A stretch of 64,000 nt of DNA from Glaucostegus cemiculus (Eukaryota). Below the pieces are notes generated by a model. It searched no databases. It had not been told where the DNA came from and worked only from the letters and a program-made list of their open reading frames with translations. Below are positions 11,855 through 24,370 of this stretch, in pieces. The stretch is taken from the NCBI GenBank assembly GCA_976551045.1, contig CDPCPM010000425.1:1116001-1180000 (forward strand), read 5' to 3'. Positions within the stretch are counted from its first letter, which is position 1. Every line of letters starts with the position of its first letter. The position numbers and the translations under genes were made by a program.

Positions 11855-13540
11855 GTGAGGGAGCGGACAGAAACACGGCTGGCAGAGTATAACACGGATA
11901 CGTGTGAAGGTACCACAGTGACAGGGAAAACGGGAAGGCAGCGAGTAATCTGATCAGTGATAGATTGGGAAATGTTGATGTACAGAGGCACCTGGGAGTC
12001 CATGTGCCAGAGACTGAATAACAAAACCATGCAGGCGAAGCAAACGGTTAAAATAGTGGTGTGCAGAAAGCTAGCCCTCCCCCCCCCCGAAAATAAGTAA
12101 TAAACCATTTTAAATTATGTTTGTTAGAAGTGCAATTCAGAGACATGTGCAGACAACTTTAATCACATTGTTAATTCAAAGGGTTTCACGACTGTTTGCG
12201 TCACCTCCCTCTCACGCGGGTGCAGGTAACGATTTCTTCAGAGACTCTCTGTTGCTTTGGGAGGGGGGAGTTTGTGAAAACTGACACATTCTTGTCTCCA
12301 GTCTCACTGTCGCCTGTCCCTTCCAACTCCAGCTTGAACTGCAATCACTTGTGCATCTTCGGTCTGTGGGGGACAAATGATCAGAGGCTCAACACACAAT
12401 TACAGCACTGCCTTTCAGCGAGTGCCTGCATGTGTTTCTGAGTTCCCTGACCCTGCCTTCACTTGTGACAGCCTCTGAAACGGAGTGCAGCTGCCTCTGT
12501 ATTATTTGGGCCTGCCTCTACTTTTGTGTATGTATCGCTGTGTTTGCAATCCTCATGGCTCAGTCTGTGTGAGTCCGTCTGCCTCTGTCCGTGAGTGTGC
12601 TTGCTCCTGTCTGTCAGTGTACTTTCTGCATGCATTCACCTGTCCTTGTCTGTGGACCTTTCACTGACTCCAACTGCTTGTGTGTTTGAAAAAACCAACA
12701 CTTGGGAAGCCTGATTCTGGCTGAGATTGTGCCTGTGCCCGCCTTTTTCTACAATTGTCCCTCCCACTCGGTTCCTGTGACTGTCTCTATCTGTGAGTAT
12801 GTCAATCTCTGCAGGTGTGTCGACCTGCCTCTCACATAAAGATTATGAAGGTCCATGACTCGCTCTGCCATTGTGCCTGTTGATATGTATTTGTTCCTTC
12901 CTCTGACAGAGTGTGCACTGCAGCTGTCTGTGAGTTTCCCCGCATGTCCTCCCTGTCTGACCATGCTGCATGTTGATAAGTGTGACAGTCACTGACAGTG
13001 AGGGCACCAACCTCTGGAAATGTTTGGCCAGCATCTCTCTTTCCATGTGCCTACCCATGCTTATTATGCTGTCTGAATGTGCACCTGCCTCTGTTTCCGT
13101 GCATGATTGTCGTGTTTTTGAGTGTACTTGTCCCTCTCTCCTTGTTCCTGCATTTTTCTTTCTTCTGCTCATGCATTCTCTCTATTTCATTCTCTTGTTG
13201 TTGCATATCTGTCTATTTCCAATCATGTGCCAATTCTGTTGGTGCAGTCACTACACACTTCACTTGAGGACACTCGCTCCCCTCTGTGAATGTTTCCATT
13301 TCTCCGTTTTGTGCAACACTTCTTGATCATGTTCTTGCCTCCATTTCTCTGTTTGTGTGCCTGTCTGTCAGTGTGTGATTCCCCTCGTTGGTGTGTTTAC
13401 CGGTCACGGTCTTTGTGAGCTCCTGCACTTGACTGTGAGTGTGCAAGCCTCTCTCTACTCTCTGCCTGTGTCAGTCTCTGTATGGGGGTTAATCTGCCTT
13501 TATATTCGTGTGCATCCGACCTCATACATCCAGTTGCCTC
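11855..13540 (+). repeat. Arm 2 of the old inverted duplication (partner ~1640-3300)
   Basis: Colinear reverse-complement similarity to 1640-3300. Confidence 0.85.
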
Positions 13541-16463
13541 CCTCAGACTATTAGTGTTCATGCTGCTGTCTTTCAGTGTGTCCATGTACGTGTGTGTGTA
13601 TGTGTATGTGTGTGTGTGTGTGTGTTATTTGTATGTGTACCCGGCACTCTCTGTGAGTGTACCTGGCTCTCTCTGAGGAAAGTCCGGCCTCCTATGTGTG
13701 ACTACAGCTCCCTCTGTCTATGTGCTCCTCAACTGCGTCTCTTTCTCTCTGTCAATGTGCACAGCTCTCATTGTGTCCCCACTTTACCAGTGCACAGATC
13801 AGCTTGAGAATGCACCTGTCTATTCCGTTATTCACCCACAACCCTCTGTGTGCGTTGAGCACCAGTCTCTGTATCTATGTGTACCTGACCCAACATGGGA
13901 GTGCTGCTGCCCCAGTCCAGGTGTCCGTGTCTATCTGCTGGTGTGCTCCTCTGTGTGTACTTGCTTCTTCCTCAGAACAACTGTATCTCTCCTTGGATCC
14001 ACATTATCCTCCCTCCATTACTGAGTGTTCCTGCCAACTGCCTCTGAGCTTTCGTGCTCCCCTTGTGAGTGTTCCTCCACTCTCCCTGTGAGTGTCCCTG
14101 TCCCCTCCCCGTGAGTGTCCTTCGTCCTCTTACTGGGTGACCCCATCCCCTCCCTGAGAGTGCTCCTGTCCCCACCCTGTGAGTGTTTGTGTCCGCTTCC
14201 TCTCTGTTCCTGCCCCCTCCCTCTGAGTGATCCTGCCTTTCCCTCTGAGTGATGCTGTACCATCCCTGAGGGTCCGATTGCCTCGGATTGTCCCTCCCGC
14301 CACCCTGTGAGTATTCCTGCCCATTCCCTGTGAGTGTCCCTCCTCTTGCCTGTGAGTGTTCTGTCCCCTCCCTGTGAATGTTCCTGAGCCACTCTGTGAA
14401 TTTATCTTCCTTCTCACAGTGCCCTCTCCGTGAATGACCCTGCCCATCTCTGTTAGTGTTCCTGCTCCCACTCTCTGTGTTCCTGCTCCCTCCCTGTGCA
14501 TGTCCCTGCCCGTTCCCTCTAATTGGTTTTCTCAACTACGTGAGTGATCCTGCGCCTTCCCTGTAAGTGATCGTCCCCTGCTCATGAGTGTCCCTGCACC
14601 TCCCTGTGTGTGTTCCTTCCGTAGCATGCAGCTATTCATGTACCTTTGGGTGACTCTACCCCATCCCTGTGTGTTCCTGCCCCTCCCTGAGTGTTCCTGC
14701 TCCCTCCGTCTGAGTGTCTCTGTCACTTCCTGTGTGTTCTTTCCCCTCTGTGTTAGTGTTCCTGCCCCGTCTCTATGGATTTCTGTTCCCTCCTGTGTCA
14801 CACCCTGCCCCCTCCCTCTGCGTGTTCATGCCCTCTCCCTATGAGAGTCCTTTTCCACTCCATGTGTGTTTCTGCCACTCTCTGTGAGTTTTCTTGCACC
14901 CTCACTATGAACTGTCGCTATTCCAACCCTGTGAGTGTCCCTGTCCCCGCCCTGTGAGTGTCCCTGCTGCCTTCCTGGTGAGTCCATGGCCTGTCCCTCT
15001 GAGTGTTCCTGACACCCTGTTACTGTCCCTGCCCCTCGCTGGTAGTGATCCTGCCACCTTCTGTGTGTAACTGCCTCCTCAGTTCATGTTCCTGCCCCCT
15101 TCCTGTGAGTGTGCTGGTGCCCTCATTGTCAGTGTACCTGCCCCGTCCCTGTGACTTCCCCTGCAATCTACCTGTGATGGTACCTGTCACCTCCCTGTCT
15201 GCTGCCTGTATGTGACTGCTACCTCCCTGTGACTGCTCCTGCTGCCTCCTTTTGAGTGTCCCTGCCCCCACACAGTAAGAGATTCTGCCCCGGTGACAGT
15301 CTCTATTCCCTACATGGTGCTGTGCCCTCCTTTTGAGTGTTCCAGTCCTCTCACTGTGAGTGTTCCAACACTTCCCTGTGAGTGTTGCTGCCTCTCATTG
15401 TGAGGGTATCTGTCCCCTCCCTGTGTCTATTCCTGGTCCCACCCTGTGCGTTTTCCTGTCCCCTTACTGTGAGTGTTCCTGTCACCTCCCTGTGAGTGTC
15501 CCTGCCTTTTCCTGCACCCTCCCTGTGAGTGTTACTGGCCCCACCCTGTGACTGTTCCTGTCCCCTTACTGTGAGTGTTCCTGTCCCGTCCCTGTGATTG
15601 TCCCTGCCTTTTCCTGTGAGTGTCCCTGCCCATCCCTGTGTGTTCCTGCACCCTCCCTGTGCATGTCCCTGCCTGCTCCTTCTGAGTGTTTCTCCCTACT
15701 GTGTGAGGTTCTTGCGCCTCTCTTTGTGTATGTTCCTGCCCTTGCCTGTAACTGTTCCTGTCCCTAACTGTGAGTGACCTTGCCCCTCCTTGTGAGTGTT
15801 CCTGCCCCTCCCTGTAGGGTCCCTTCCACTCAATGTGCGTGTTCCTGACCATGTTAGTTTTAATCAACCCTCTCTGTGTGTTCCTGTTCCCTCCATGTGC
15901 GCCACGCTGCCCATCCCTCTATGTGTTCCCAGTGAGTGTTCCGGCCCCTTCCCGTGAGAGTCCCTGTCCAATCCCTCTTGGTGTTTCTGCCATTCCCTGT
16001 GAGTGTCCCTGCTGCCTCCCTGTGAGACCATGCCCTCTCCCTGTGATTGTCCCTGCCCACTCCCTGTTACTGTCCCTGCCCTTCCCTGGTAGTGTTCCTG
16101 CCCCCTTCTGTATGTACCTGTCCCCTCGCTGTGTGCATTACTGTCCCCTCCACTTGTGTGTTCCTGCCCCCTGCCTATGAGTGTTGCTGCCCCTTATTGT
16201 GAGAGCATCTGTCCCCTCACTGTGAAGTATCTACTCCCTACCTGTGAGTGTTGCTGTCCCCACTCTGCAGGTTTCCTTTCCCCTCCCTGTGTGTATTTGT
16301 TCCCCATCCCTCTGAGTGTTTTTGCTGCCTCCCTGTGAGTGTCCCTGTCCCCTCCTGTGAGTGCCCCAAAAACTCCCTGTGAGTCGTCCTGAGTGTGCCC
16401 ATGTCCCCTGGCTGTGGGTGTTCCTGCCCTTCCCTGTATGTCTTCCTGCCACTGCCTGCCAGA

Positions 16464-16714
16464 TTTTTTAAACATTTTATTTACAGCACAGTAACAGGCC
16501 CTTTCGGCCCAACGAGTCCACGCCGCCCATTTTAAACCCCCAAATTAACCTACCCGTACGTCCTTTAGAATGTGGGAGGAAACTGGAGCACCCGGAGGAA
16601 ACCCACGCAGAGACGGGAGAATGTCCATACTCCTTACAGTCAGCGACGAGAATCGAACCCCGATCGCTGGTGCTGTAACAGCGTCACGCTAACTGCTACG
16701 CTGTCATGCCGCCC
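16464..16714 (-). mobile_element. tRNA-derived V-SINE (HE1-like) with a CR1-type tail
   Basis: Minus strand: A/B-box head (GGTTCGATTC), V-domain TGCGTGGGTTTCCTCCGGGTGCTCCAGTTTCCTCCCAC, tail GGGCCGAAAGGGCCTGTTACTGTGCTGTA plus an A-rich end. Confidence 0.9.
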
Positions 16715-16828
16715 AGTCTCCTGTCTCCTCCCTGCAAGAGTTACAGTCCCCTCACTGTTAGTGTTTCTGCCCCAGATCTTTGTGTTCCTGCTCCCTCCCT
16801 GTGCATGTCCGTGCACACTCCATAAGTA

Positions 16829-17105
16829 CGGCACGGTATGATCGTGGTTAGCACAACGCTTTACAGCACCAGGGACCTGCGTTCAAATCCAGCCACTCTC
16901 CTGTCAGACGTTCGTTCGTGTTTGTGTGGGTTTCCTCCGGGTGCTCCGGTTTCCTCCCACGTTCCAAAGACGTACAGGTTAGGAAGTTATGGGAATGCTA
17001 AGTTGGTGCCGGAAGCGTGGTTACACTTGCTGGCTGATCCCCAAAATCACTGCGCAAAAGATGTATTACACTGTGTGTTTCGATGTACATGTGACTAATA
17101 AAGAT
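16829..17105 (+). mobile_element. tRNA-derived V-SINE with a different (non-CR1, Rex1/L2-like) tail
   Basis: Head GGCACGGT...GTTAGC...GTTCAAATCC, V-domain GTGGGTTTCCTCCGGGTGCTCCGGTTTCCTCCCAC, tail CTGTGTGTTTCGATGTACATGTGACTAATAAAG. Confidence 0.88.
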
Positions 17106-20100
17106 ACCTTATGAGTGTTCCTCCCCACCATGTGAGTTCTCCTGCTCCCTCCTTGTGAGTGTTCCTGCCCCGCCCATGTGTTTGCTCCTGCCCCTCTGCG
17201 TTAGTGTTCCTGCCCCTCCCTCTGTGTGTTCCTGACTCTCCCTGTGAGTGTTCCTGCCCCTGTCCATGGGAGACCCTGTACACTCCCTGTGGGTGCTTTT
17301 GCCCCTCCCTGTGTGTGTTGCTGCCTCTCTCTGTGTGTTTTCTTGCACCCTTCGCTATGACAGTTGCTATTCCCACCTTGTGAGTGTTACTATCCCCACC
17401 CTCTTGAGTGTCCCTGCTGCCTCCCTGAGAGGGTCCATGCCCTGTCCCTCTGGGTGTTCCTACGCTTCCCTGTAAATGTCCCTTCCCCCTCCCTGGTAGT
17501 GATCCTGCCATCTCACCGTGTGTATTCCTGCCCCCTTCATCTGCATTTTCCTGCCCCCTCCCTGTGAGTGTGCCAGTGGCCTCAGAGTCAGTGTACCTGC
17601 CCCCTCCCTGTGATTGCCCACGTCTTCTGCCTGTGTGTGACAGCTCCCTCTCTGTGACTGTTCCTGCCGTCTCCCTGTAAGTGTGCCTGTCCACTCCTTG
17701 TGTAGTTTCCGGCCGCCCGAGAGATATTATGATGCCCCCGTGGAGTATTTATTCCCTGCCTGTGAGTGTTCCTAGGCCCTCTCTGTGAGTGTCCCGACAC
17801 CTCTCAATGAGTGTTACTGCCCCTCCCTGTGTGTTGCTGTCACCTGACTGTGAGTGATCCTGTTCTCTCCCTGAGGCAGTTCCTTTACCCTCCCTGTGTG
17901 TATTCCTTCTACATCCCTCTGAGTGTTCCCACGACCTACCTTTGAGTGACCCTGTCCACATCCTCCGAATGTTCCTGTCCCTCTATGTGTGTTTGTGTGT
18001 TCCTGCCCCTGCCTGTGTTTTCCTATTCCGTCCCTGTGAATGTTCCAGTCCCCTGGCTGTCAGTGTTGCTATCACTGCTACCCCCTCCATGAATGTCCCA
18101 ATCCCCTCCCTGAGGGTGTTCCTGGCACCTCCCTGAGTGTGTCCATGTCCCCTGGCTGTGGGTGCTCCTGCCCCTCCCTCTATGTGTTCCTGCCACTGCC
18201 TGTTAATATTCCTATCCACTCCTTGTGGTGTCCATGCCCACTCCCCGCGAAAGTTCCTGCCCCCTCCTTGTGTAAGTCTCTGTTCCCTTGCTGTGTTGCT
18301 GTCCCTTTCCTGTAAATGTCCCTGCCCCTCCCCATGAGTGTTCCTGCCACCTTCCTGTGACTGCAGCTGCCTTTCCGTGTGAGTGCCCCTGCCGACTCCT
18401 TGTGAGTGTTCCTGCCCCACCCTGTGAATGTCCCTGCCCATCCCTGTTAGTGTTAACTCCCCCACTGTGTTCCTGCGCCCTCTTTGTGCATGGCCCTGCC
18501 TGCTTCCTCTGCGTGTTCCTGCCCCCACCGTGTGTGTTCCTGTCCCTCACTGAGTGTCCCTGCTACTGTCAGTGTGTGTTCCTCCCCCTCTGTATTAATG
18601 TTCCTGCCTTCTCCCTGTGTGTTCCTTTATCTCCCTGTGCACCTCCCTGCACCCTTCCTCTGCATGTTCCTGCACCTCCCCAAGGGTGTTTCTGCCTCCT
18701 CCCCATGGGTTTTCCGAACCCCTCCCCATGGGTTTCATGTCTCTTCCCCATGGGGGTTCCGGCTGCCTCCCCAGTGTAGTTGCTGTCCCCTCGTTGTGTT
18801 TTTTTCTGTCCATTCCTGTGTGTCCTATGACCACCCCCTGTGAGTTGTCCTGTCCCTTCCCTGTGAGTCTTCTTGCCACTTCTCTGGGTGTATCTGCCCC
18901 CTCATTATGCGTGTCCCTGCCTCCTTCTTCTGTGTGTTCTTCCCCCTCCCTGTGTGTGACCCTGCCCCCTCTCTGTGAGTGTCCCTGTCCCCTCCCTGTG
19001 CGTGTTGTGGCCCCCTCACTGTGAGCCGTCCTGCAGCCTAACCATGAGAGACCCTGTACACACCCTATGCATAATCCTGCCCCTGCCTGTGAGTGATTCT
19101 GCCCTTCACTGAGATTGTCACTGCCTCTTCGCTGTGAGTGATCCTGTCCCCTCCCTATAAATATTCATGCCCCCTCCGTCTGAGAGTTCCTGCTGCATCC
19201 CTTAGAATGTACCTGTCCACATCCTGTTTTTCCTCTCCACTCCCTGTTAGTGTTTCTGCCCCATCGCTGTGAGTGTGCTGAAGCCCTCAGTGTGAGTGTA
19301 CCTGTCACCTCCCTATGAGCATCCCTGCCGCCTCCCTGTGAGTGTCCCTACCCCTTCCTGTGAGTGTTCCTGCCCCATTCCGCTCTGAGTGTCACTGCTT
19401 CCTCCCTGTGACTGTTCCTGCCAATGCCTGTGACTTTCCCTGTCCCATCGCTCTGAGAGTCCTGTCACCTCGCTTGAAGTATTCCTGCCCCTCCCTGTTA
19501 TTCTAGCACCTGCCTGTGAATGGACCTGCCCCCTCCCTGTGAGTGACCCTATCCTCTCACGGTGAGTGTCCCTGTCACCTCAATGTGATTGTTCCTACAC
19601 CTTTCAGTGTGTGTAGCTGTCCGCTCCCTATGCGTGTTCCTGCCACTCCCTGTTATTCCTGCCCTTGACTGTGAGTGAACTTGTCCCTCCTTGTCAAGTG
19701 TCCATGCTGCCTCTCTGTGAGTGTCCCTGCTCCGTCCCAGTGAGTATCTATGCCCCCTTCCTTTGAGTGTTCCTGCCCACGCAGTGAGATTCACTATCCC
19801 CTCTCTTTGAGTGTAGTTGCCCCCTTACTGTGAGGCTCCATGACCCTGGCTGTGAGTTTTCCTGCCCTCTCTCTTTGAGTGACCCTGTCCACTCCCTGTG
19901 AGTGTTCCTGCCCCTGCCCCTGCCTGCCAGTTTTCCTGTCTGAACCCTGTGTGACCCTGCCCACTTCTTGCGAATGTCCCTGCTGCCTCACTGTGAATGT
20001 CCCTGTCCACTACCTCTGAGTGTTTCTGCCGCTCCCTGTGTGGTCCTTACCGCTGCCTGTGAGTATTCCTGTCCGCTGCCTGTGACTGTTCCTGTCCCAT

Positions 20101-20539
20101 CCCTGTGAGTTTTTCTGCCCTCTTCCTGTGATGGTCCTATCCCCTCCCTGTGATTGTCCCTTCCACCCACCATCAGTGTTCCTGATCCTCCCTGAGTGTT
20201 GCTCTACCGTCCCTGTGAATATCCTTCCTTCCTTCCCTGAATATCCCTGTCCCCTCCCTTTGAATGTTGCTCTCCCCTCCCTGTGAGTGTTCCGGCTTCC
20301 AACCCTGAATGTTTGTGCTCCCCCTGAGTTCCTGCCCTCTCCCTGTTCATGTCCCTGCCCCATCGCTGCCTCTGTCTAGGGGCTGCTTCTGATGCCCCTG
20401 TGTATACTCGTCCCTGAAACTGTGCTTGCCTGTATCTACCTCCCTTTCTCTTTCTTTTCCTATCCTGTGCCTGCCTGAGCATGATTTCCTTTGACCATGA
20501 TTGTTCCTGCTTCTATCTTTGCATTCTTCCCTCTGTCAG

Positions 20540-21760
20540 TGAATGTGCCTGCCTCCGTCAGTCAGTGTCCTGTCTCTGTCAGTGTTAATGCCTCACTCTT
20601 GTGCTGCAACTGTCCATGTGTGGAGGTCTGCCTGTCTCTGACTGTGCCTGCATCAGCAGCTGCCTGAATATTCCGGAATATGTGACCTTGACCCTGCTTT
20701 AACATCTCCACCTCTGGCACTGAGAGTACCAGCCTCTAAATTTATTTGTGATTGACATGGTTTGCAGTTATGTCTGTACATGTGTGTGTGGGTGTACCTG
20801 TCTCTGTCTGTGAGGTGCTTCCCCTGCCCCTAACTCAGTGTAAACTTGTCCCTCAAATTGTGTGTGCCTGTGCCTGCCTTTCCCTCCTTCTCTCCCATTC
20901 TCTTGCCTGTCTGCATATTATTTCCTCTCTCTGGGAAGTTCCCAGCCTCCCTCCCTCTGAGGATCCCTGTCACTGCCTCTGGTCATCAGTGTTCTTGGTT
21001 CGATCTGTCAGTGCCCCTGCCTCAATCAGTGAGTGCCCCTGCCTCTGTTAGACAGAGTTTCTTCTTCAGTCTCTGACTGTCCCTGGCTCTGTCAATCAGT
21101 GTTCCTCCTTGCTCTTGTGCTGTGCATCTCTACCTGTGGAGGTCTGCCCGTCTCCGACTGTGTCTGCATCTGCACCTGCCTGAATATTCCTGAATGTGTC
21201 TGTGATGGGAATGACCCTGTGTTTATGTGCTCCACCAGTGAAATTGAAAGTGCCAACCTTTGAGTTTGTTAGTGACATTGATTAAAAATTTTGTCTGTCC
21301 ATCAGTGGTGAGAGACTGATTTCATTTGTCATTGCATGTCCCTGAATGTGCCTCTGTCCATGAGTGTCCCTGCCTCTGTCACTGAGATTTGCTGCTTCTA
21401 TCATTCAGTGGCACTGTCCCTGTCACTGAGTGCCCCTGGTTTTGACAGTTGGTGTCCTTGTCCCTGTCAGTGTTCCTCCTCTCTCTTGTTCTGTTTCCGC
21501 CTATGTCTGGAGTTCTGCCTACCTCTGAGAGTGTCTGCATCTGCAGCTCCTGAACGATCCTGACTTTCTCTGTGGCCTTGACCCTGCTTGGAAGTGCTTC
21601 ACCACTTGATATTTAGAGCGCCAGCTTCGGGATTTATTTGTGACTGCCATGGTTTGCAGTTTTTTCTCTCCATTTGTGTGATTGCAAAAGCCTCTGTCTA
21701 TGGGGTGATACCCCCCGATCTGTGGATATTTCCCTCAAATTGTGTGTACTTGTGTCTGTC
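20540..21760 (+). repeat. About three diverged copies of a several-hundred-bp unit
   Basis: TGGAGGTCTGCC...GACTGTG.CTGCATC.GCA.CTGCCTGAATATTCC recurs at ~20620, ~21137 and ~21508; TTTATTTGTGA...CATGGTTTGCAGTT recurs at ~20741 and ~21633. Confidence 0.7.
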
Positions 21761-22652
21761 TGTGTCTGTTGTCCCACCTGTGCACGTTTGCCACTGTCTG
21801 TGCATGAACGTGCCCTGTCATCAAACACCTCGTCCTTTTGATGGTAATTGTCCTGGAACTCCACCGCCCATCCCGGAATCGTTCAGCTGCGCTGTGTTTC
21901 TCCACAGTGAATACAGATGAGAAGTATGAACTTAAGCCGTCACCTACAACTGCCTGTGTGGGCGCCGGCCTCAGCCTCTGCGTGTTCGCCTGCGATCCGC
22001 TCCACTCCATCCGCTTTCTCCCTGTTTATTTGCATCTTCCTGCGCCGTTCCAGCAGACGAAAGAATCCCCTATGGCGTTTTCCTACAGCAAGGGGCAGAC
22101 TCAGTGCTCATGCCCCATTAGCCGGCCCGCCAGAAGGCTTGTCTTTGTTCCTGACGGCTGTTCCTGCCTAATGCAGACCTCAGAGAAATTAATAAAATAA
22201 TGAGGGGCATGAATAACATGTATCTCACTGTCCTTTTTACCCTGGGTCGGATCTTGTGAAAAGGAAGGACAGACAATTAATGTGGGAGAAGGAAGATGAA
22301 ACAGGCTTTAAAGCTGTTTTGGGAAAACGCGAACATGATTCTCTGAAATCAAGTATCAGCAACCTGTAAATTCAGCAACTCAGAAAACTGCAGTTTTCCC
22401 ACGAAGGTGTTGCCTTCTAAAGTCTAATATTTCTTGAGACTCCGCCTTAGGGGAATATCCAATCATTCAGTTAGAAATTAATTAGTTAATTCTACTTAAA
22501 TGTTATCCATCAATTAAAACCCGGTGTAAGTTTGTACAGTGTGGAAAGCTTGTACAGTCAATTCAGAGGGTAAGCGCAGAATGGGGAACGGAATTTAATT
22601 TCTTGATTTGTGCCGCTGCACCGTTATCTGCCGATGGATATTGGCATCAGCT

Positions 22653-22726
22653 GTCTCTGTGGCGCAATCGGCCAGCGCATTCGGCTGTTAACCGAAAGGT
22701 TGGTGGTTCGAGCCCACCCAGGGTCG
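22653..22726 (+). tRNA. tRNA-Asn(GTT), variant or possible pseudogene
   Basis: Near match to vertebrate tRNA-Asn GTCTCTGTGGCGCAATCGG..AGCGC.TTCGGCTGTTAACCGAAAGGTTGGTGGTTCGAGCCCACCCAGGG.CG; T2:T71 acceptor-stem mismatch. Confidence 0.9.
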
Positions 22727-23585
22727 GTGAGCTCAGGTTTACTCCCCTACATACTATACTTCTGGGCGTGATGAAACAGCAAATCGTCATGTCAAGCTCT
22801 CACCTCTGCATGAATTTTTAAACGCAAGTTCCATACTTCCCTAATATCAAAAGAATGAAATGAGTCAAAAGCTGTTTCATGACGCTGAAAGGAACCCTGG
22901 GAATGCGGGATTGTTCTCTTGGTTAAATACAACACGTTACCATGCGTTGCTGACTACTGATAGTTCTGAAACGTTAATTTTCTCTCCCTCCACAGATCAT
23001 ATTTCATTTATTTCATCAAAATTCCACACTTGATCAGAAGTATATATTTTCAAAAATTTGCTTCAGTATGTTTCAACATTAGCAATAAGCATTGTAATGG
23101 GAATTGTTTAAGAATTGTGACTTCATTCATCATTAAACTGTTTATGTTTGTTCCTTGTTTAATAGGGTCCTCACCGTTTTTCTCCGAAATATTCCCCCAG
23201 CGACTACGATGCTGACCAAACAAAATTCGACCCAGGGACGCCGTTCACCCTGACAGAGCTTAGGGCCGTACGGTCATAGAGTCACAGACGAACAGAGCGC
23301 GGAAACAGGACTTTCGGCCAACTCAGTCCTTCACGAAAAACATTTCTCAACCATCCTGATCAATCTCTATTTCTCCTTCCCACATTCATTTCGATTATTC
23401 CTTGATTCCTTCGCTCACCTACACACCTTGGAAATCTTACGGTGGCCAATTAAGCTCTCAAGCCATGCGTCTTTGGGACATTGGAAGAAGCCGATTATCT
23501 GGCCGAAACGCAAAGATGCACAGGAAGAACTGCACGCTCCACCCTGGCAGTACGAGGTCAGGATTGAACCCGGCTCTTTTTTATG

Positions 23586-23623
23586 GTCTCGGTGGCTCAA
23601 TTAACAACGCGCTGGACTTCCAG
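23586..23623 (+). pseudogene. 5' half remnant of a tRNA-Arg-like gene
   Basis: GTCTCGGTGGCTCAATTAACAACGCGCTGGACTTC resembles the Arg-TCT 5' half; no T arm follows. Confidence 0.4.
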
Positions 23624-23786
23624 CAGAATTTACCTGACACTGAGCTGCTTCACCTGTCAAGAAAATTGGTATTGTAACCGAATGGCGCGGCGATTTAAAG
23701 GAGGGCTCAGGTGATATTCTTTCTTCCTTGGGCTTGGGAAGCATTTCATAACCACTTTATCTGTGTGGAACACAGAGGGTGTTTGA

Positions 23787-23877
23787 GGCTCTGTGGCGCA
23801 ATGGACAGTGAGTTGGACTTCTACTGATACCTGATCAAGTATTTCAAATGTCGTGTGTTCGAGACCCACCAGAGTCG
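23787..23877 (+). tRNA. Intron-containing tRNA-Arg(TCT), probably a pseudogene
   Basis: GGCTCTGTGGCGCAATGGA...TTGGACTTCTA[~18-nt intron 23824-23841]TTTCAA...GTTCGAGACCCACCAGAGTCG; D-stem and T-stem mismatches. Confidence 0.85.
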
Positions 23878-24124
23878 GTATGTTTTCCTCACTAGTTGCA
23901 ACCATAAACAACGAGGTGATGCAGTGACCGTTTGGTGTGTGAATCGGGAAATCAGGGACATTGTTTGAAATAATTGAGTAGTTCACGCAACAGGGACATG
24001 CGGTTTTTGCATTTCTCTCAAAGAATCGTTTCCAGGCGAAATTGCGTTCTCCTCGATGAATTCTCAGACGAGGGAAGATAATTTGTGAAGAAAAACGAGG
24101 GCGATGGGTTAACGAGATACACCA

Positions 24125-24370
24125 GATTCTGCATATCTGGAAATCTGGAGCAAAGCACGCAAAATACTGGAGTTACTCAGCGGGTCGGGCAGCATCTATG
24201 GAGAGAAATGAATGGCCGACGTTTGGGACCGAATTTCTTTTTCAAAACTGAAAAGAAAGAGAGCAGAACAGAAAAAAAAGAGAACGGGATGGCGGATGAG
24301 CACGAGCTGGCGGGTAAGAGGTGATTCCATGTGAGGGGGGAAGGAAGTAGTTGGGGGCAGATGGAATGAC
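24125..24370 (-). mobile_element. Penelope-like element end remnant
   Basis: CTGCA.ATCTGGAAATCTGGAGCAA...AACTCAGCGGGTCGGGCAGCATCTATGG-like block followed by GACGTTT, as at 3315. Confidence 0.55.

Larger units (their letters stand above)
14020..20360 (+). repeat. Degenerate tandem minisatellite/satellite, unit ~21 bp (consensus approx. CCTGTGAGTGTTCCTGCCCCT)
   Basis: Hundreds of diverged GTGAGTGTTCCTGCCCCTCCCT-like units; strong C/T strand bias; longer blocks recur (e.g. ~14920-15160 vs ~17370-17620). Confidence 0.95.

Noticed and set aside
11521-12108. 195-aa hydrophobic, membrane-protein-like ORF
   Set aside because: Comes from an A-rich low-complexity tract; no family motif
13970-20480. 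Many Cys/Pro- or Gly/Arg/Thr-rich ORFs
   Set aside because: Translation artefacts of the ~21-bp satellite
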